Shown: piece by piece, positions 12,801 to 27,800 of the stretch
How the letters are laid out: every line of letters begins with the position of its first letter
Position numbering within the stretch: the stretch's first letter is position 1
Source of the DNA: Phoronis australis
Lineage: Eukaryota > Animalia > Phoronida
Length of the DNA stretch: 64,000 nucleotides
Reading direction: 5' to 3'
Assembly: GCA_002633005.1 (NCBI GenBank)
Contig: NMRA01000089.1
Coordinates: 310,001 to 374,000 of the forward strand
The notes under the pieces: model-generated
Seen by the model: the letters and a program-made list of their open reading frames with translations, nothing else
The model's database searches: none
What the model was told of the DNA's origin: nothing
Translations under genes and position numbers: made by a program

Positions 12801-15800
12801 TTTATCATTCTTGAGCTGTAACACAATTTGATAACAATCGGCACGTTGACATCTCTTCACACACACCACATCCTGGTCTCATCATGTGACCTATAGTCAG
12901 GCCTGAAAAAATCTGTCCCGACCACCGTTCAAGCACATAACTGCCTGCTAACAGTGCAGACACTCTAGTCCATTTGGGAGTACATATAAAAGCTTGGGTA
13001 ATGTATCTTCTAGTGAGTATGTTTGGATTTTTGCAATTGACTGGTGGTGCCTTTAGCTCAGTAGACTAGCGCGTCTGCAGTTAGCAGAAAGTACCGGATT
13101 TGCACTCCGGTCGAGACAGAGATCTTTTCAGACCTAACTATAGGTCACATGATGTGACCAACATATGTTGTGTATGGATGACTAATAATTCTTACCATAT
13201 TGTAATTATTAGCAAAGTATAAACAGGTGATATATATACATATATATAGATATGCTGCCACTTCACAACAGTTCAATCTGTCCAAACTACCAGTATGAAA
13301 ACACCAAAACGTTCGCCACATAAATGTTTCGCTGAATTTATACTGGACCATCTTAGGAAAAATTCACAATACGGGAATTGTAAGCAAACCAGACAATAGC
13401 TAAACTACATGCCTAGCAGCTACAGTTTTTCACTGAAGAGGATGGAGTGTGAGGTCTACCAAAACACTGAATGTTGCACATGGTGTAAATAGCGAATACA
13501 TTGAACTACGGATTGCTATTTGCTCATAATCCAGGAAAATAATCACAGGGAAATTTAAGGAAAGTGGCAATCTGGTTATTGGTCAATAGCCTTCACAGGC
13601 ACTTTATGCCGCTATGCACAGTAGTACCTCATTACAGCAAACATCACAGGACCATGGAAATCTGAATGTTACACCCAGTTTGTAGTAACAAGGACAGACT
13701 AACATACATTACGTAAAACAGGGACTTGGAAGTTTATGCATTGTATAGTAATCAACATTCTAAACAAGGTATGTTGAAAGAAAGTTAAGCTTTGTTATGA
13801 TAGCTAACCACTGGTTTCAAGTTTTCCCATAATCAGATAAGAGGTGACTTTTGGATAATGGTCTGATATAATGTGACCGAATTTTGAGAACCACTTTTCT
13901 CCCCAAAATAACTGGCATCAAACTGGTTCTCAAAATACAGGCACGTTATATCTCACTATTGCCGACTTTTGGGCTTGGGAATACCTGACAGCTCGTTATT
14001 GCTCACGAAAAAGTTCTAGAAGTTGGCTTCACGCGCTTGCCATTTTATTCCCCAAAAGTAATATGGCTGGACGTAAACTGGTCTGGTGTGATGTGTAAAC
14101 ACTAGGTGGTGTTACTAGTTCACACACACTGTGTTACCTGATTCAGCTCAGCCTGCAAGTGTGCTGCCGACTGGGACTCCTTCTGTATAGCCTCTTGCTC
14201 CTTCAGAACATCACGCCTCATCTTGTCAATGGAATGTCGATCTAAGCCCAGCTTCTCCTGCTGCTTGGTAAGTTCCTGAATGAACACAGAATTACGTGAA
14301 CACACTGCATTCACAAACGTTCAAATTTAAGAAATCATCAAAATCATTCGCAAGTGAGATTACCACTCGGATGTGAAACCGTGTTGTGCGTTTTCCACTA
14401 ATTTGAGATTAGACGCTTCTGTCAACAGAGAGCAGTATTTTTCATAATATGTTCCTTTAACTGTCAAGTTAGTTCCTAATTCAGGCTTTACAGCCAAGAC
14501 AGCCAACAAAATATTCAAGTTTCATCAGACTTCTTCCTCATTACCAAAACTGATTCATCCTAATGGAACTTCTCAGCGAGACCAAGCTCTAACTAGATGA
14601 CAAACTAAGAACATCAACCAGGGACTTTTGAGTATGCAAAATAAATCAACCAAATGAAGAAACGAACACTTCGAACAATTATTTCTTCATGTAATATCAG
14701 GCACGAAAAATGTGTATAACGTTTCACCCACTATTCCTGATCAATCTCACTATGCTTTAATGGAGTTTTGTCCAGAGTTTTTTTAAACGGATACACATAG
14801 ACTTGCAGCATACAGTAATAAAGCCAAGGGCTTTGATAGTAATGGAATTCCATCAAATTGCATTGTACCTGATACTCCGTCCTCAGTGTTTTGTGACTGG
14901 TTTTTAGAGCACCGTGTTCTGACATTAGTTGATCGTATTCCGACGTCAGTTGTTCATGTAGCTGTTGCAGGGCCTCGTGGTCTGAGACAAGCGACTCTTG
15001 TGCAGACTGTAACTCTTCGTGGTTCACCAGGAGGCGCTCATGTTCCGTCTCAAGACCGGAGTACTGTTGTTGCAGCTGACTGTTCTGTTGCAGGGTGGAT
15101 GTAGTTTGTGATTGCAAAGTGGTTTTTTCAACCTAAAAACATCACATACCAGACATTGAAAGAAAATTTATAACGTCCTGAATTTTAACTCCTAACCAAT
15201 ATAGGAATACGTAACTAAATTTGACAAAAAGAAAATGGTTTATTATACATAGTAACAGACATCATTGCAAAAATCCATTTGATCTCATTACTGACATAAG
15301 CAGTGTTCACCCAATACTTGCCCTTGCACTGAATCATGCTGTGTACATGGACAATGGAGGGAATCTGGTGATACTTATATCAATGGAAAATAAAGGAATA
15401 CAACCAAAATGATGTTTTTTCTTCAGTTTTATTTCTAACGAACTTAAACTACATCCAAGGTGACGCACCCATCAACTCAATTTGCATCTCACTTAGTTTG
15501 ACTGCACAAAAACACAGCATCAGAGAACTCGTACCTGCATTCAATCAGTTACCACCTCTTGAAATAAAGCTCTTATTCCCTTATTTTCAAGTCACAAGGT
15601 AACAGTAACATCAAAGGTAAAATAGAGGTCCAAGATACTACAAGTCAAAGTCATATTACACTCGGGTTCTTTTCGAAATATCAACCAGTTCTGGGCAGAC
15701 GGCGGCAGAAAGTGAGACAGGCAACAATGAGCGATGGAAACAAGACGGTCAAAACGTCATAGTGATCTGGCTGAATACATATTTTTACTGATGACGACAT

Positions 15801-18800
15801 TCTAAGACAAGTCTGATCCATACCCAGAATTTGGAAGGAGATGGAGGGGCAAACAAGGGAGGCCGGGAAAAAAAGCATTGTAATGGGAAGGTCTGGAGAT
15901 GAACTCACTGCGTCGTGCGGGTAAGGTGGGTGATTTTGTTAAGTGTACACGAGCTACGTGCACCTGATAATATAGTAAAAGACCTAAACATACCTGTAGT
16001 TTGGCATTCTCAGACTGTAGAGTGTTCTTCTCAGTCTGTACCTGGTTCATCTGTGACTGAAGTGTTGTATTCCGTGCCTCGATCTGTTCCAGACGAGTCT
16101 GCAACTTGCCAGACTGTGTCTTCAAGTTCTTGTTTTCAGCTTCTAGCGTTGCATTCTGCGGGGAAATAAAGAACTAAGACGTGCCAGAACAATACATATC
16201 AACAACCTAAACATGCAAATCCCATTAGAAATGGATCGGCACAAGAAGCAAGCCTGTTCTAGACGAAAACGGCCAAGTAAGGAATCACACTACACAGAAT
16301 ACCCATCTATAGCAGCTGTGGAAATAGGAAGCAAGAAGTAACACAGTCTATGAAGTTGGTACATTAATAGTCCACAATAAAACCATCACACTCAAGGGCA
16401 AAGTCCACTCCAAAAAAACACCATGTGAAAGCTGCCGTTCCCTCACCTTCCTTTCAACCACAATCAGGTGGTCTTTAAATTCCATCAAGTCTTTAGTGGG
16501 ACTGGCCGTAACAGTATGGAGCAGAGTGGTCACATGACGTTGACTGAAATGATGGACCACAAAACGTCAGCTTTGACCATGGCATCAATATAAAAGAAAA
16601 ACAACTTTTAAAGATGAAATTATAAGTCAGACAGTATCTGTTCAAAGTGTAAATACCAAATCTGAATTTCATGAACAAGTAAAACTATGAGTTAATCTAC
16701 ACCTCACACCAAATGTGGTATTCATTGAAACAAAGCAGGAATAGTATACTTCAAAGATGATTACTAACTGAATTTAATGAAGCCATAGATTAACTACACC
16801 TAGGAAGAAACTACTTAATAGCCACACAAGAATTAACTATACTGCAAAACCTTAAACGAAACGAAATAACCAGTTCTGTGATAACACAACTTTCTAATAA
16901 TTAAAAGCACTGGTATTTCATCGATTTCACCAAGTAACAACATCATGGTTTGATCAGTTCATTATTTTAGGACTGCCACTTTATNTTTCACTGCATGGCA
17001 CTGTCACATTACACTATGTGCACAGCTAACTTCACACATACCTCTCTTTCACTGCATGGCACTGTCACATTACACTATGTGCACAGCTAACTTCACACAT
17101 ACCTCCCTTTCACTGCATGGCGCTGTGTCACATGATACAATGTGCACAGCCAACTTCACACACACCTCTCTTTCACTGCATGGCACTGTCACATTACACT
17201 ATGTGCACAGCTAACTTCACACATACCTCTCTTTCACTGCATGGCACTGTCACATTACACTATGTGCACAGCTAACTTCACACATACCTCCCTTTCACTG
17301 CATGGCGCTGTGTCACATGATACAATGTGCACAGCCAACTTCACACACACCTCTCTTTCACTGCATGGCACTGTCACATTACACTATGTGCACAGCTAAC
17401 TTCACACATACCTCTCTTTCACTGCATGGCACTGTCACATTACACTATGTGCACAGCTAACTTCACACATACCTCCCTTTCACTGCATGGCGCTGTGTCA
17501 CATGATACAATGTGCACAGCCAACTTCACACACACCTCTCTTTCACTGCATGGCACTGTCACATTACACTATGTGCACAGCTAACTTCACACATACCTCT
17601 CTTTCACTGCATGGCGCTGTGTCACATGATACAATGTGCACAGCAAACTTCACACATACCTCTCTTTCACTGCCACCTCCGGTTGTAACTTCTCCTCCTC
17701 GTGTCTTTGTTTAAAAGCTTCATACTCAAGTTTGATGGCCTTCAACTCCTCTTGTAACTTTACATTACGACTCTTGGACTCGTCAAGTCTGAACAAGAAC
17801 AAGTTGGTTAATAATCAGTGTATATTTTTGCACAGCGAAACAAAGAGGCCACTACACTATAAACTCTGATCTGTGTAGAGCTACAGTACAAGGCAAAAGC
17901 AATCAGACAAAATACTATTTCACCATCACAACGACTAATTCTGTTAACAGCAAAAATGACAGGTAATAGCTATAAGGATGGCAAAATTCTAATGACACAA
18001 TGGCTTGGTCACCTCACAAATTTTCCTGTTAATTCCCCTTCATTTTCGGTCAGAAGACTACTTTGAAGGTGAATTCAGCTGTCATGACAAGGAATTCTAG
18101 GTTGTTTGTCTGATACTTATGACTGTTACTGTACGATTGTAAAATTTAATTCAATTACTTAACGAGAATAAGCAATGACTGTTGTAAGAAAACAATATCA
18201 GTTTTCTAAATTTGTAATTCAGATGAGACTTTTTACTTTAATCAAAGACTTTTAATCAATTTAGATAACACCCATCTTTTTAAAGCCCGAAATTCTCATC
18301 ACAATCCAGAAACAACAAGATACACAATGAGATAACGACTTAGACTGCAAATACTAACAGTAAAAACATTACAATAAAATCTCACCAATTCAAGACACAA
18401 TATGGCTGACAAGTGGACATTTTGTTTCTTCATTTCTTCACTAAAGACATGTAGGATCGAATGAATATTTTTCATTTCACAGTTCTACACCCTAGCTACT
18501 ACCAATGTTTTGAGATATTGTGAGCCTTCACAAGAATATCATAAGATATTGTGGGCCTTCACAAGAATATCATAAGATATTGTAGAGCCTTCACAAGAAT
18601 AACATATAAGATATTGTGGGCCTTCAAAAGAATATCGTGACTTTCAAAAATAAGAAAGATTAATTTTGTCAATTATTTTTGTCCGAAGGTGGTGAGATCT
18701 TACCGTTTATATTGATCTATAACCATACCTTGCTTCAAGTGCTGATATCTTTTCTTCTTTCATTTCTAAGCTCTTTTTCAGTTCACTTTCTAACATGTTT

Positions 18801-21800
18801 TCTAGAGCTTTGTACCGACTAAAACAAAAACATTAACAAGTAAGTGAGAGATGATTTGTAATGCATTGCCTATCCCAAAACTATATTTGGGGGGCCTTAC
18901 AGGCAAAGCCCTCGCAAATGTTGATTAAAAAACAAACGTTAACTGCTGCGATAATAATTAAATGCCTCAGAACAATTGTGTTACAGCTTGTTTGTTTTTT
19001 TAAAGAATTCAAGAAACGTGTTGTGAGCTCAACTAATAAACTAATGAACATTCACGAGGACTCCTCCAGAGGGAGCTATTGACAAAGTCACTGTGCAGCT
19101 CTTTTAACAAGTTCCGTCACTCAGCTCACCTCTCATCCTCAGCTAGTTCTGCTGCCACCAGTTTTTCCTTGTTCAGCCCAATCTTGTCGAGTTCTTGGTT
19201 GAGTTTCTCTAGCTCATTGTTCAGATGCTGTGTCTTTATCTTTTCATTCACCAGTTCCTACAAACATCATAAATTGAAAATTTAAGGTTGCGTAGGACCC
19301 TAGAAAAATGTCCATATGTGGCTAACTTTGGATGACCACATCTCAGAAATGGCTATTTGAATTCATATGGAACTTTATCACACTATGCCTTGTGCACTGT
19401 GCAGTGTTATCAAACGTTGCATAAAACAAAAGCAAAATGGTAATTTAAAGCTGAGTGTTTTTGAGATTTCATGACGGACAAATCTGTCAAATAAAGTTTG
19501 GTCATGTTATTGATACTTTTGTTTGAATGCAACCTTCTTTTTTGCTAAATTTTACTAAAATACATGGCCAATTGATGGCAGATTGGTAAAAGGTACAAAC
19601 TCAAATTCTAGATGCTGTCCACTTTCACAAAACCTACTTTTACTATGTTACAATTGATAGTTTTATAAATATCTGACTAAATACACTTGACAATGAGGTC
19701 CTTATATAAACTTAAACAGCACAATTAGCAGTTTTCCACCTTTCACTATTCTAAGAGTCAAAAACATGTATTGTGCACATATAACTGCAACTGAAATTTG
19801 TATTGTTTATATGATGTACACAGCACAAGTCATGACAAAATGACCGAGTTTCTGCATGGAGACTGGGCAAAAGCCAAATCCATAGTCATAGAAACCTTCC
19901 CTCATTATTAAGAACAAAAGGAGTTAACAGGAAAGTTAGTAACGAAGCTACGCCATTCTGTAATTAAAGTTCTGCCATCTTTATATTCATTTTCAATCAT
20001 ATTTGCAGGTCACCGAGTTAGCTGTCATGATGGGGAATTGGTATTTTGGTCGATTACGTTTCCAAATGAATGAATTGTAATCATTAATATACTTATAACA
20101 AGCAACGTTCTAATTTAAACGTGTGCTAGCTTGTGACAACGGCGTAATTAAGATACTTCACTTAGGCAGACAGTAATTGTATCACAGTGCATAAGTACAC
20201 AAGCACTACACAAAATTATTAAAACTCTTCCCAATGCTCTCCTCTTTCATTAACCAGAATGTGTTTCAAAACCTCTAACTGCATTTCCTTATCTGCTAAT
20301 ACCATTTCCAAAATTTTATTTGAAGGTCGTGTACTTCACAGTCCTATGGGGACCATAGGCGCATCATTTTCTCAACCCACGTAGCTCTTAACAATGAAAA
20401 CAGTGCATTAAAGGTTAGTCCTGGTTTAACTAATTACAAAACAATTAATTCCCACAAACCTCTCTTAACGTAGCCAACGTTTTCTTGTCCGTCTGCGACC
20501 TCTGAATGAACTCCTTATTTTCTTTTTCCAGTTCCTTGACCTTGGCCCCCTTTTCATCGGATTTCTCCACGACTTTTCGTAATGCCCGTACCTCCCTCTC
20601 CAACTGAGTGACCTTGACATTGCTATCATCCAAAGATGACTCTTTCACTTCCAACGCCTTCTTCAACCGTTTATTTTCTTTCTCAAGTGAAGACTTCTCC
20701 CTATTAAGGTTTCCGTTTTCAACCTCTGACTCATTCACTTCCTTTTCTAATTCATCCACACGCCTCGCCGACACTTTCAACGTCTCAATTGTTTTGAGTA
20801 GCTTCTGATTCTCGTTATCCAATTCTCGATTCTCGCGTTCACACACCTCTACTTTCTTAACGGTAGCTTCCAAAGATTTCTGTAATTTCTGATTTGTATT
20901 TTTTGCATCCAAGAGATCAACTTCGAGTTTCGAATGTCGTTCCTGATTTGACTTTAAAGTGTCAATGCACTTCTTTAGTTGCTGAATTTCTTTACTTTTT
21001 TCATCCTTCTCAGTTTCAAGCTCAAAGATTTTAGTTAACGAGTCCTTATTGACTCCAATACTTTTCTGCAATCGTTGATTCTCAACAGTTAAGTTTATAT
21101 TATCATGTTCGAGGCTTTCAAGTTTTTTCTCTAACACTTTTGTACCATCAACTGCTTTTGCCAACTTTCGATTTTCCACTTGCAAATCCGACAACTCCCG
21201 TTCCAATTTATCATACTTATCACACGTCAGACTTAACGTGGTAACCTCTTTTCGCAAGTCACGGTTTACTTTGTCCAATTTCCTGTTAGAATCTTCCAAT
21301 TCCAACACCTTATCACTACTCAGCGCCAACTTGTCACAGTTGTTTTTCAACTGCTTGTTACTATACTCCAGATTAGACACCTGACTTTTCATAGCTTGGA
21401 CACTGTCATGCATCTCCTTGTTCTCCCTCTCCAATGCCTGCATTTTCATGTCTTGCGTCTTCTCATTTCTCTCTCGCAGTATCTCCAGTGTCTGATTTAA
21501 CTGCTCATTTTCCCGTTCCATTTCTTTCACCTGTCGTTCTGAACTCTCCCGTATTGTCTCAATTGTTCGTTCCATCTGCTCCTTCTCTCGAGTCATTTTC
21601 TGCGTTAGCTCTTCCAACTGAATATACTGCTGGGTTTCTTTAGAGCTTGTTTCCTGAAGTTTCTCCACTTTCTTAGAAAGTCTATGGTTCTCTTTTTCAA
21701 GTTCTAATAACCTGCTATTGTTTTCAAGCAACGAGTTTTCCTTTAACTCATCCAAGAGGCTCTGCAGTTGCTGGTTTTCAAGTTCCAGTCTATGTATCTT

Positions 21801-24800
21801 TGCGTCGGCAGTTTCATTAATTTGATCGTTAAGTGACGAGGAAGGAGCTGAAACAATGAGTTGAACAATAAATCCACAAACAAGACGCATACGGAAATGA
21901 CACTTGTAAAGATCTATTTATACTGGAAAAAACTACATTCAATGAATGCATGGCTGACTTCCATCAGGGCCAAGGTTAATGTAAAGACATTTGAAATGAA
22001 ATATACACAGGTATAAATAGTAACCTAAATAATTTGAAAATACAGAAAAAAATGAAAGATAAAACATGAAACTGAAAAAAACGAGCACAACACCTTGCTG
22101 ACGTTAACACCACAAAACACACCTGCACACGGTCATGAATTGGTTTAAGGTAGTTGGATATGTTCGCCAAGGGTCGCACTTCTTTAAAAATCTTTTAAAA
22201 TACAACTCCTCAACCCATACAACCAAGCATTTATCAAATCCTTGATGATCACAGAAACCTAAGCATACATATGAAAATGATGCCCTACTGTTTGTAGTCA
22301 CGTGATTTTGTTTTTCTTAAAAAAGTTTGGTGTGGTGTTAGACCTGACTGCCATATACAAATTTTGCACAAAACTTTTTTGAGAAGTCTATATCTATATT
22401 CTAATAGGTACAGTTGGATGTCTGGATAAAATAAGCAAGGACCGTTTAGACCAAAAAACTCAGTCGTCAAAAATTAAGATCTCGGTCATTTCATTGTGCT
22501 TTAAAATAAAACCAGTAAGGAAAGTTAGTCCAAAAACAAGTCATTTATGGACTTTAAAAGGATCTCATTCCAGTCTAAACACAGAGCAGCCTATCAGAAT
22601 GAAGTTAGTTACAAAACTACTAAACAAGATATTCCAGACAGTCTCATGTCTCATTCACATCAGATGTGTGCAGGCCACAAAGGTGAAGACCATTGCATAA
22701 AACAACTGACACGCCACGACAACATTACTGCACATGTGTTCTGGTAATATAGCTATAGAAAAAACGTCCTAAGAATAAACTGGCGCAAGTGGGTAAAAAA
22801 TAGCAATACTCAGTCCAGCTATGAAATGAAACCGACTAAATATCAGTTAGTAACAAACAGGTGTCACACAGGGCTGAAAACGAGAAACAGGGAGGTACGT
22901 AGTGGATTCTCACTGTTACTTACTTCCCACTTTTGACCTTATCTCTGAAATTTCCTTTCCAAGGTTAGCACTCTCGTTTAACGAGCTCTTCATCTCGTAC
23001 TCCAGCCTCTTATTCTCTTCCGTCAGATCCTGGATTTTCCGACGATCGTGATCACGGAACTGAAGCAAAATTAAATATTTCTTACATTTAGTGTAATAAG
23101 TCACAAAAAAACTGGATATTAGCGGAGACTATAAGTTTTATTTATGAGCCATACACGTGATCTCAGAACTGTACAACCTGTTTCGGGAAAAATTATAGAT
23201 TCACATAAAAAGAAATGGTACATAGTCATAAACTTAGGACACCGGGATCTTGCACTGTTACCATGGAGACGGCTACCATGGTGAACTCCCAACTTCGAGA
23301 TCACAGAAAAAATTCCTGCGACTTAGCACTACTTTCAACTGGCAACTTTACCGTACACAGACCTTCAGCCACAGACAACCAACTGCACAGTGGAACAACC
23401 CAGACTATACCTCAGTGGCAGTTTCTAACTGCTGTTTACACTTCATCAGCTCATTCTCCAACTCTATCACAGTCTCGGCTCGTTTACGGCTTGCTTTAAG
23501 CTGTTCCTCCAGCATAGTCTTCGACTCAACCAGAATTAAGTTGTCTTCACGTAACTCCTGCAAGTAAGTGCACGTTTTACACTTCATCCAATAAATGTGA
23601 CAATATTTTGAGATTTTGCGTTTACATAACACCAATTCTGCAAAGCTTTACTCCTATGAAGAATTATCGGAATAAACCCGACTAACCTGACAAAACGTCA
23701 ACAAACCTCCTCCGACAATGTCGTCAACAATTAAAGAATTTTGATGAAAACTTTGTACTACAAAATGGTCCTATAATCTTTTTCTAAATTTAAATTACAA
23801 TTATTAACTTTTAGCAAGCTTGCAAAAACCATTAAGTAGGTATAACTGTTTCAAACGAGGATGTGAAACCCACCAATCAGTATCAAAATGTAGTTTTTCA
23901 CACACATTCACCTAGTAATAAGAGACAGCTGCTTGAACTCGGAGTGTTTAAGCACACTTACCTCAACTCGAGTTTTAAAGAACTCCAGTTCGTTCAGTTT
24001 CTCCTTGTATCGGCTAATCTCTGCTTCGTGCTTGTCCACTCTGCTCACCTAACAACAAAAACACAAACGCTCTTATGCACGAGACGAAAGGCAAATCAGT
24101 TCACAGCATTAAACCAGTTTCAAAGCAAACACCAAGGGAGCATTTCTGTAATAGCACACAAGAGGTTTTATACCGTGAAATCTCACCAATTCAGGGCACA
24201 ATAAGGCGGACAAGGAAAATTTGTCTCATTTTTGTCATAAAAGACATGTAGCACCACATTCAAGTTCTGTACCATAGCGATCATTAGAAAATATTTTGAA
24301 AAATGCGAGCATTCCACAAATAAGCTAGACCTTGAAAAACGAAGAAAGGGTAATTCTGGTATTAAATCATTTTTTTACGAAATAGGTGAAATTTTACAAT
24401 AAATTTATTCTTATCAGGCAAGTGCCTGTGAGTAAATTGATAGCCAGTTGTACGACACATGCTCGGACCTGTTCAAATAATGGAGGTTAATAAACAGAAA
24501 ACATGTTTTCCCAAACCACAATCACTCAGTTGTTGTAAACCTAGAATATATAATAAATTGCGGACAAGTATTGTTGCCAGAGTTCATGACCTCACTCTAC
24601 CTCAGTGTTGGTGCTCAGTATATCTGAAAATTGTACAACTTCACAATGTTTTCAGACTTGTAAATAACCTAAAAGTGTATCCAATAACATTGAACACACA
24701 CGATGAAAGTCAGCCGTATCACGTGGTCAGCCAACGATGCATGGTGATATCTTTCAGATTCGTGTGATATCAGATGGCTCACAAGATACAAATCTTACAA

Positions 24801-27800
24801 AACCGGGGATCGACTCATGCATAAACTAAAGGGCAAATCATATCCAGTTTTGCAATCAATTTTGTTTGCAAACGACAAGCAAAGCACAAAAATGCAGCTA
24901 TTAGCATTTAATATGCAATTAACAGCTTGGTGTTGCATCACTTTTAAATAGTTATAACCAAAAACATGGCTGCAACATAAAAATTTAAAGTTTCAACCCT
25001 GTGAACGCACCTCAGTTCTACTCAAATTTCTTAACTGCACTTCCCACGACGTCCATCCCTCCCCCACACCTTGTCCCTCAGTACGTCCACTTCCTACGAC
25101 GTCCATCCCCCCCTTACCTTCTCTCTGAGTACATCCAGTTCATCTCTGTATGCCCTGGCTGAGCGAGCATCCTGTGTCAGCTGGAGGTTCTCTTCACGAA
25201 GTTTAGCCAAGTCACTCTGCACGTCAGACAGTTCATCTTTAAGTTCCGTCACAGTCTCAGTTTTTTCCTCCCTGCAAGACACCATCTTCCTCAAAATGAT
25301 TTGTCATTGTGTAATTTTGAAACAAATGAGCGACTCTTCATGGACGGCTGCAAAATTAATGGCATGTAAATTTTTATCATAAAATGACTTATAAGACAAA
25401 AATGTCCTCTAAATTTCTTAAAATGATGAAAATGGCCAAAGGAAACACAATAACAAGTGACTTTCCGCTTAGTTCACACACACACACAAAATATTTGATT
25501 ATTCCATTTTTCAAAAGGCAGCTGATTACCTTACTATGTGCTTTTTAATGATATCTGCACACTACAAACAGTGCTAGTAATGGGCTAAACTTTTCTTAAT
25601 CTCTATTTTGTGAAAAAATTTGACAAAACAGGATTTCGCTTACCGGCAATATTGCGTGCCAAATACGTGGATAATTACTTTCCATAACTTGGCTAGACTG
25701 ACCCTTTACAAGACCTGCGGCCCTGTGACCAACTGACCCATATGACAACTACTTACACCTCAGCCCTGAGTCGTCGTAGTTTAGCCTTACATTCAGCCAG
25801 CTCCACTCCCACATGGTGTTTGTCTGAGCCTGGTGACGATACAGACAACTTCCGACTAGTGTTCAACTGGCTTTGTACATCATCCATCTCCAGGGCAGCT
25901 TGTGTCAAATCCTAAGCAACAGAACTTCACACATTACACAGCTGATACAAATAAGGGCGGAAGAAACACAAAACAGTAATACAACCAACAGTCTATAAAG
26001 ACTCAGTTTGGGGCATGTTCTGTATTGCTATTGGCTGCACCTGATTCACTTCATGGGTTTAACTGGGTCAACAGTCTAAGAGATCTCATTGGTTTGTAAC
26101 ATGGAAGTGATCGCCGAGAACCAATCAAATGTTCTGGAGGGTTGACCAGGCTGACCCTGGGGAGTGAATCAAGTGTGGTCAGTCACTTGTGAGACAATAA
26201 TTTTTGAGTAATGCAGTGGAAAGAGTGAGTTCAGATACCAGGTGCATCCATAATTTCAACATTCAGGCACAACCCACCCATCGTGTTGACTGGCAAAACA
26301 CTGCCTGCAAATGTTACAGCCGTGATATCTTGCATTTCATTATCAAGATCGTGTATGATCTCGCTAAGCTCACAAGATACTAGCTTCACAGAACACACCT
26401 CAGAAAATATACACAACGGACAATACTCAACTCGAAACATTCTTTGAATAGCAATGGGATTATTGACCCGTGATTGTAGATTTGAAGATTTATAAAGTCG
26501 TCACAGCAGTTATCTGTGACTCCATACTGAGCCATGACACGTGATTACTCAATGACATTGGGAACACTTGTCTCATAATGAGGCTGACATCAGAAGTTTG
26601 TATTGTAAAATGATGTAGAGAAAGGTATTATCGTGGGATAAGGGCAAACTGCTTTGTACCAAGAACTGAAAGTTTTCCCTTTACATTCTGACTGCCTGGT
26701 GGTGTTCTGACAAAAATATTACCACACCTGAATGATACAGATCTTCACGTTTCATAAAAAATTATCACAATAAAACACCTTTACTACAAATACACAGAGC
26801 AGGAATTAATAACGATTACTTTTGGTTGAGAACAAAGACAATAGTACAATTAATCGAACACGATATAATTTGAAATCACTTGGAAAGTACTTATCATGTA
26901 GAATCCTGGGAAATGAGTTTGAGCAACAGAATAACATGATTCGTCAGATCAACACAGTTAAGAAGAACACATCATATCAAAACTATTAAAGTCAAGTAAT
27001 ACAGATTGAAATTTGAGTGAAAGATAAGAAATCTACCAAAGTAGAAATATTGCATCTTACACGAGTTGTTGTTTTAGATGAGATTTCTTCAACAAGTTTA
27101 AAATTATGACCAAAAATTATCGATTGTATTAATTGTTTTATGCTATTAATTAGTTTATAAATTCTCGACCCAAACAGCAACAATTGATATTTTTTCTCAT
27201 ATATCACTGAGAATTTCGGAAAATTAGATACTCGAGCAAACACAGAGTGTTAAAACTGTCCTTCGTACTACGCTAGCAGAACTATCCATCAGATTTTCAA
27301 AACATGCAAACGATTTCCGAGAATACGGCCATGAGCATACTTTTGGGTCGGTCAATTTTCAGAAATTTACGGTAAAAATAGAACAAAGTTCAAATTGGCG
27401 CCAAAGAAACTTTTTGTAAAAGATTTGGACTAAAAACGATGTGCAAATCTACTTAACTCATGCACAACATCAGAACAAGCTCTTTGGAAATATTTTAAAA
27501 CTACAAAAAAATCATGGTACAGCTTATCACGAAGTCAGCAAAATCTTTGAGCCACACAAAAACATTTTTTTGCCTTAGTGTCCACAAACAGTTTATAAAA
27601 ATCATCCGCAAGTAGTCCCGCTTCGAACAACGGATTGTCGCTAACAGAACAAGGATATGGCTCCATTCTCAGGTTAATACAGTTGCAAATAAATCATAGA
27701 GTCAAAGAACGGGTTCACAGGACCGTGATGCATACTAGAGTTTGTACCCAACATGCTCTTACTGGTGCAGTACTTTCAAATAATACGAAGCCGAAAAGAA

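Noticed and set aside
13050-13115. tRNA gene
   Set aside because: Degenerate B box, no acceptor stem, and a tail shared with a nearby inverted copy; better explained as a SINE
16986-17672. CRISPR-like array or repetitive protein ORFs (17142, 17327, 17487)
   Set aside because: Head-to-tail units with no unique spacers and no cas genes; intronic minisatellite
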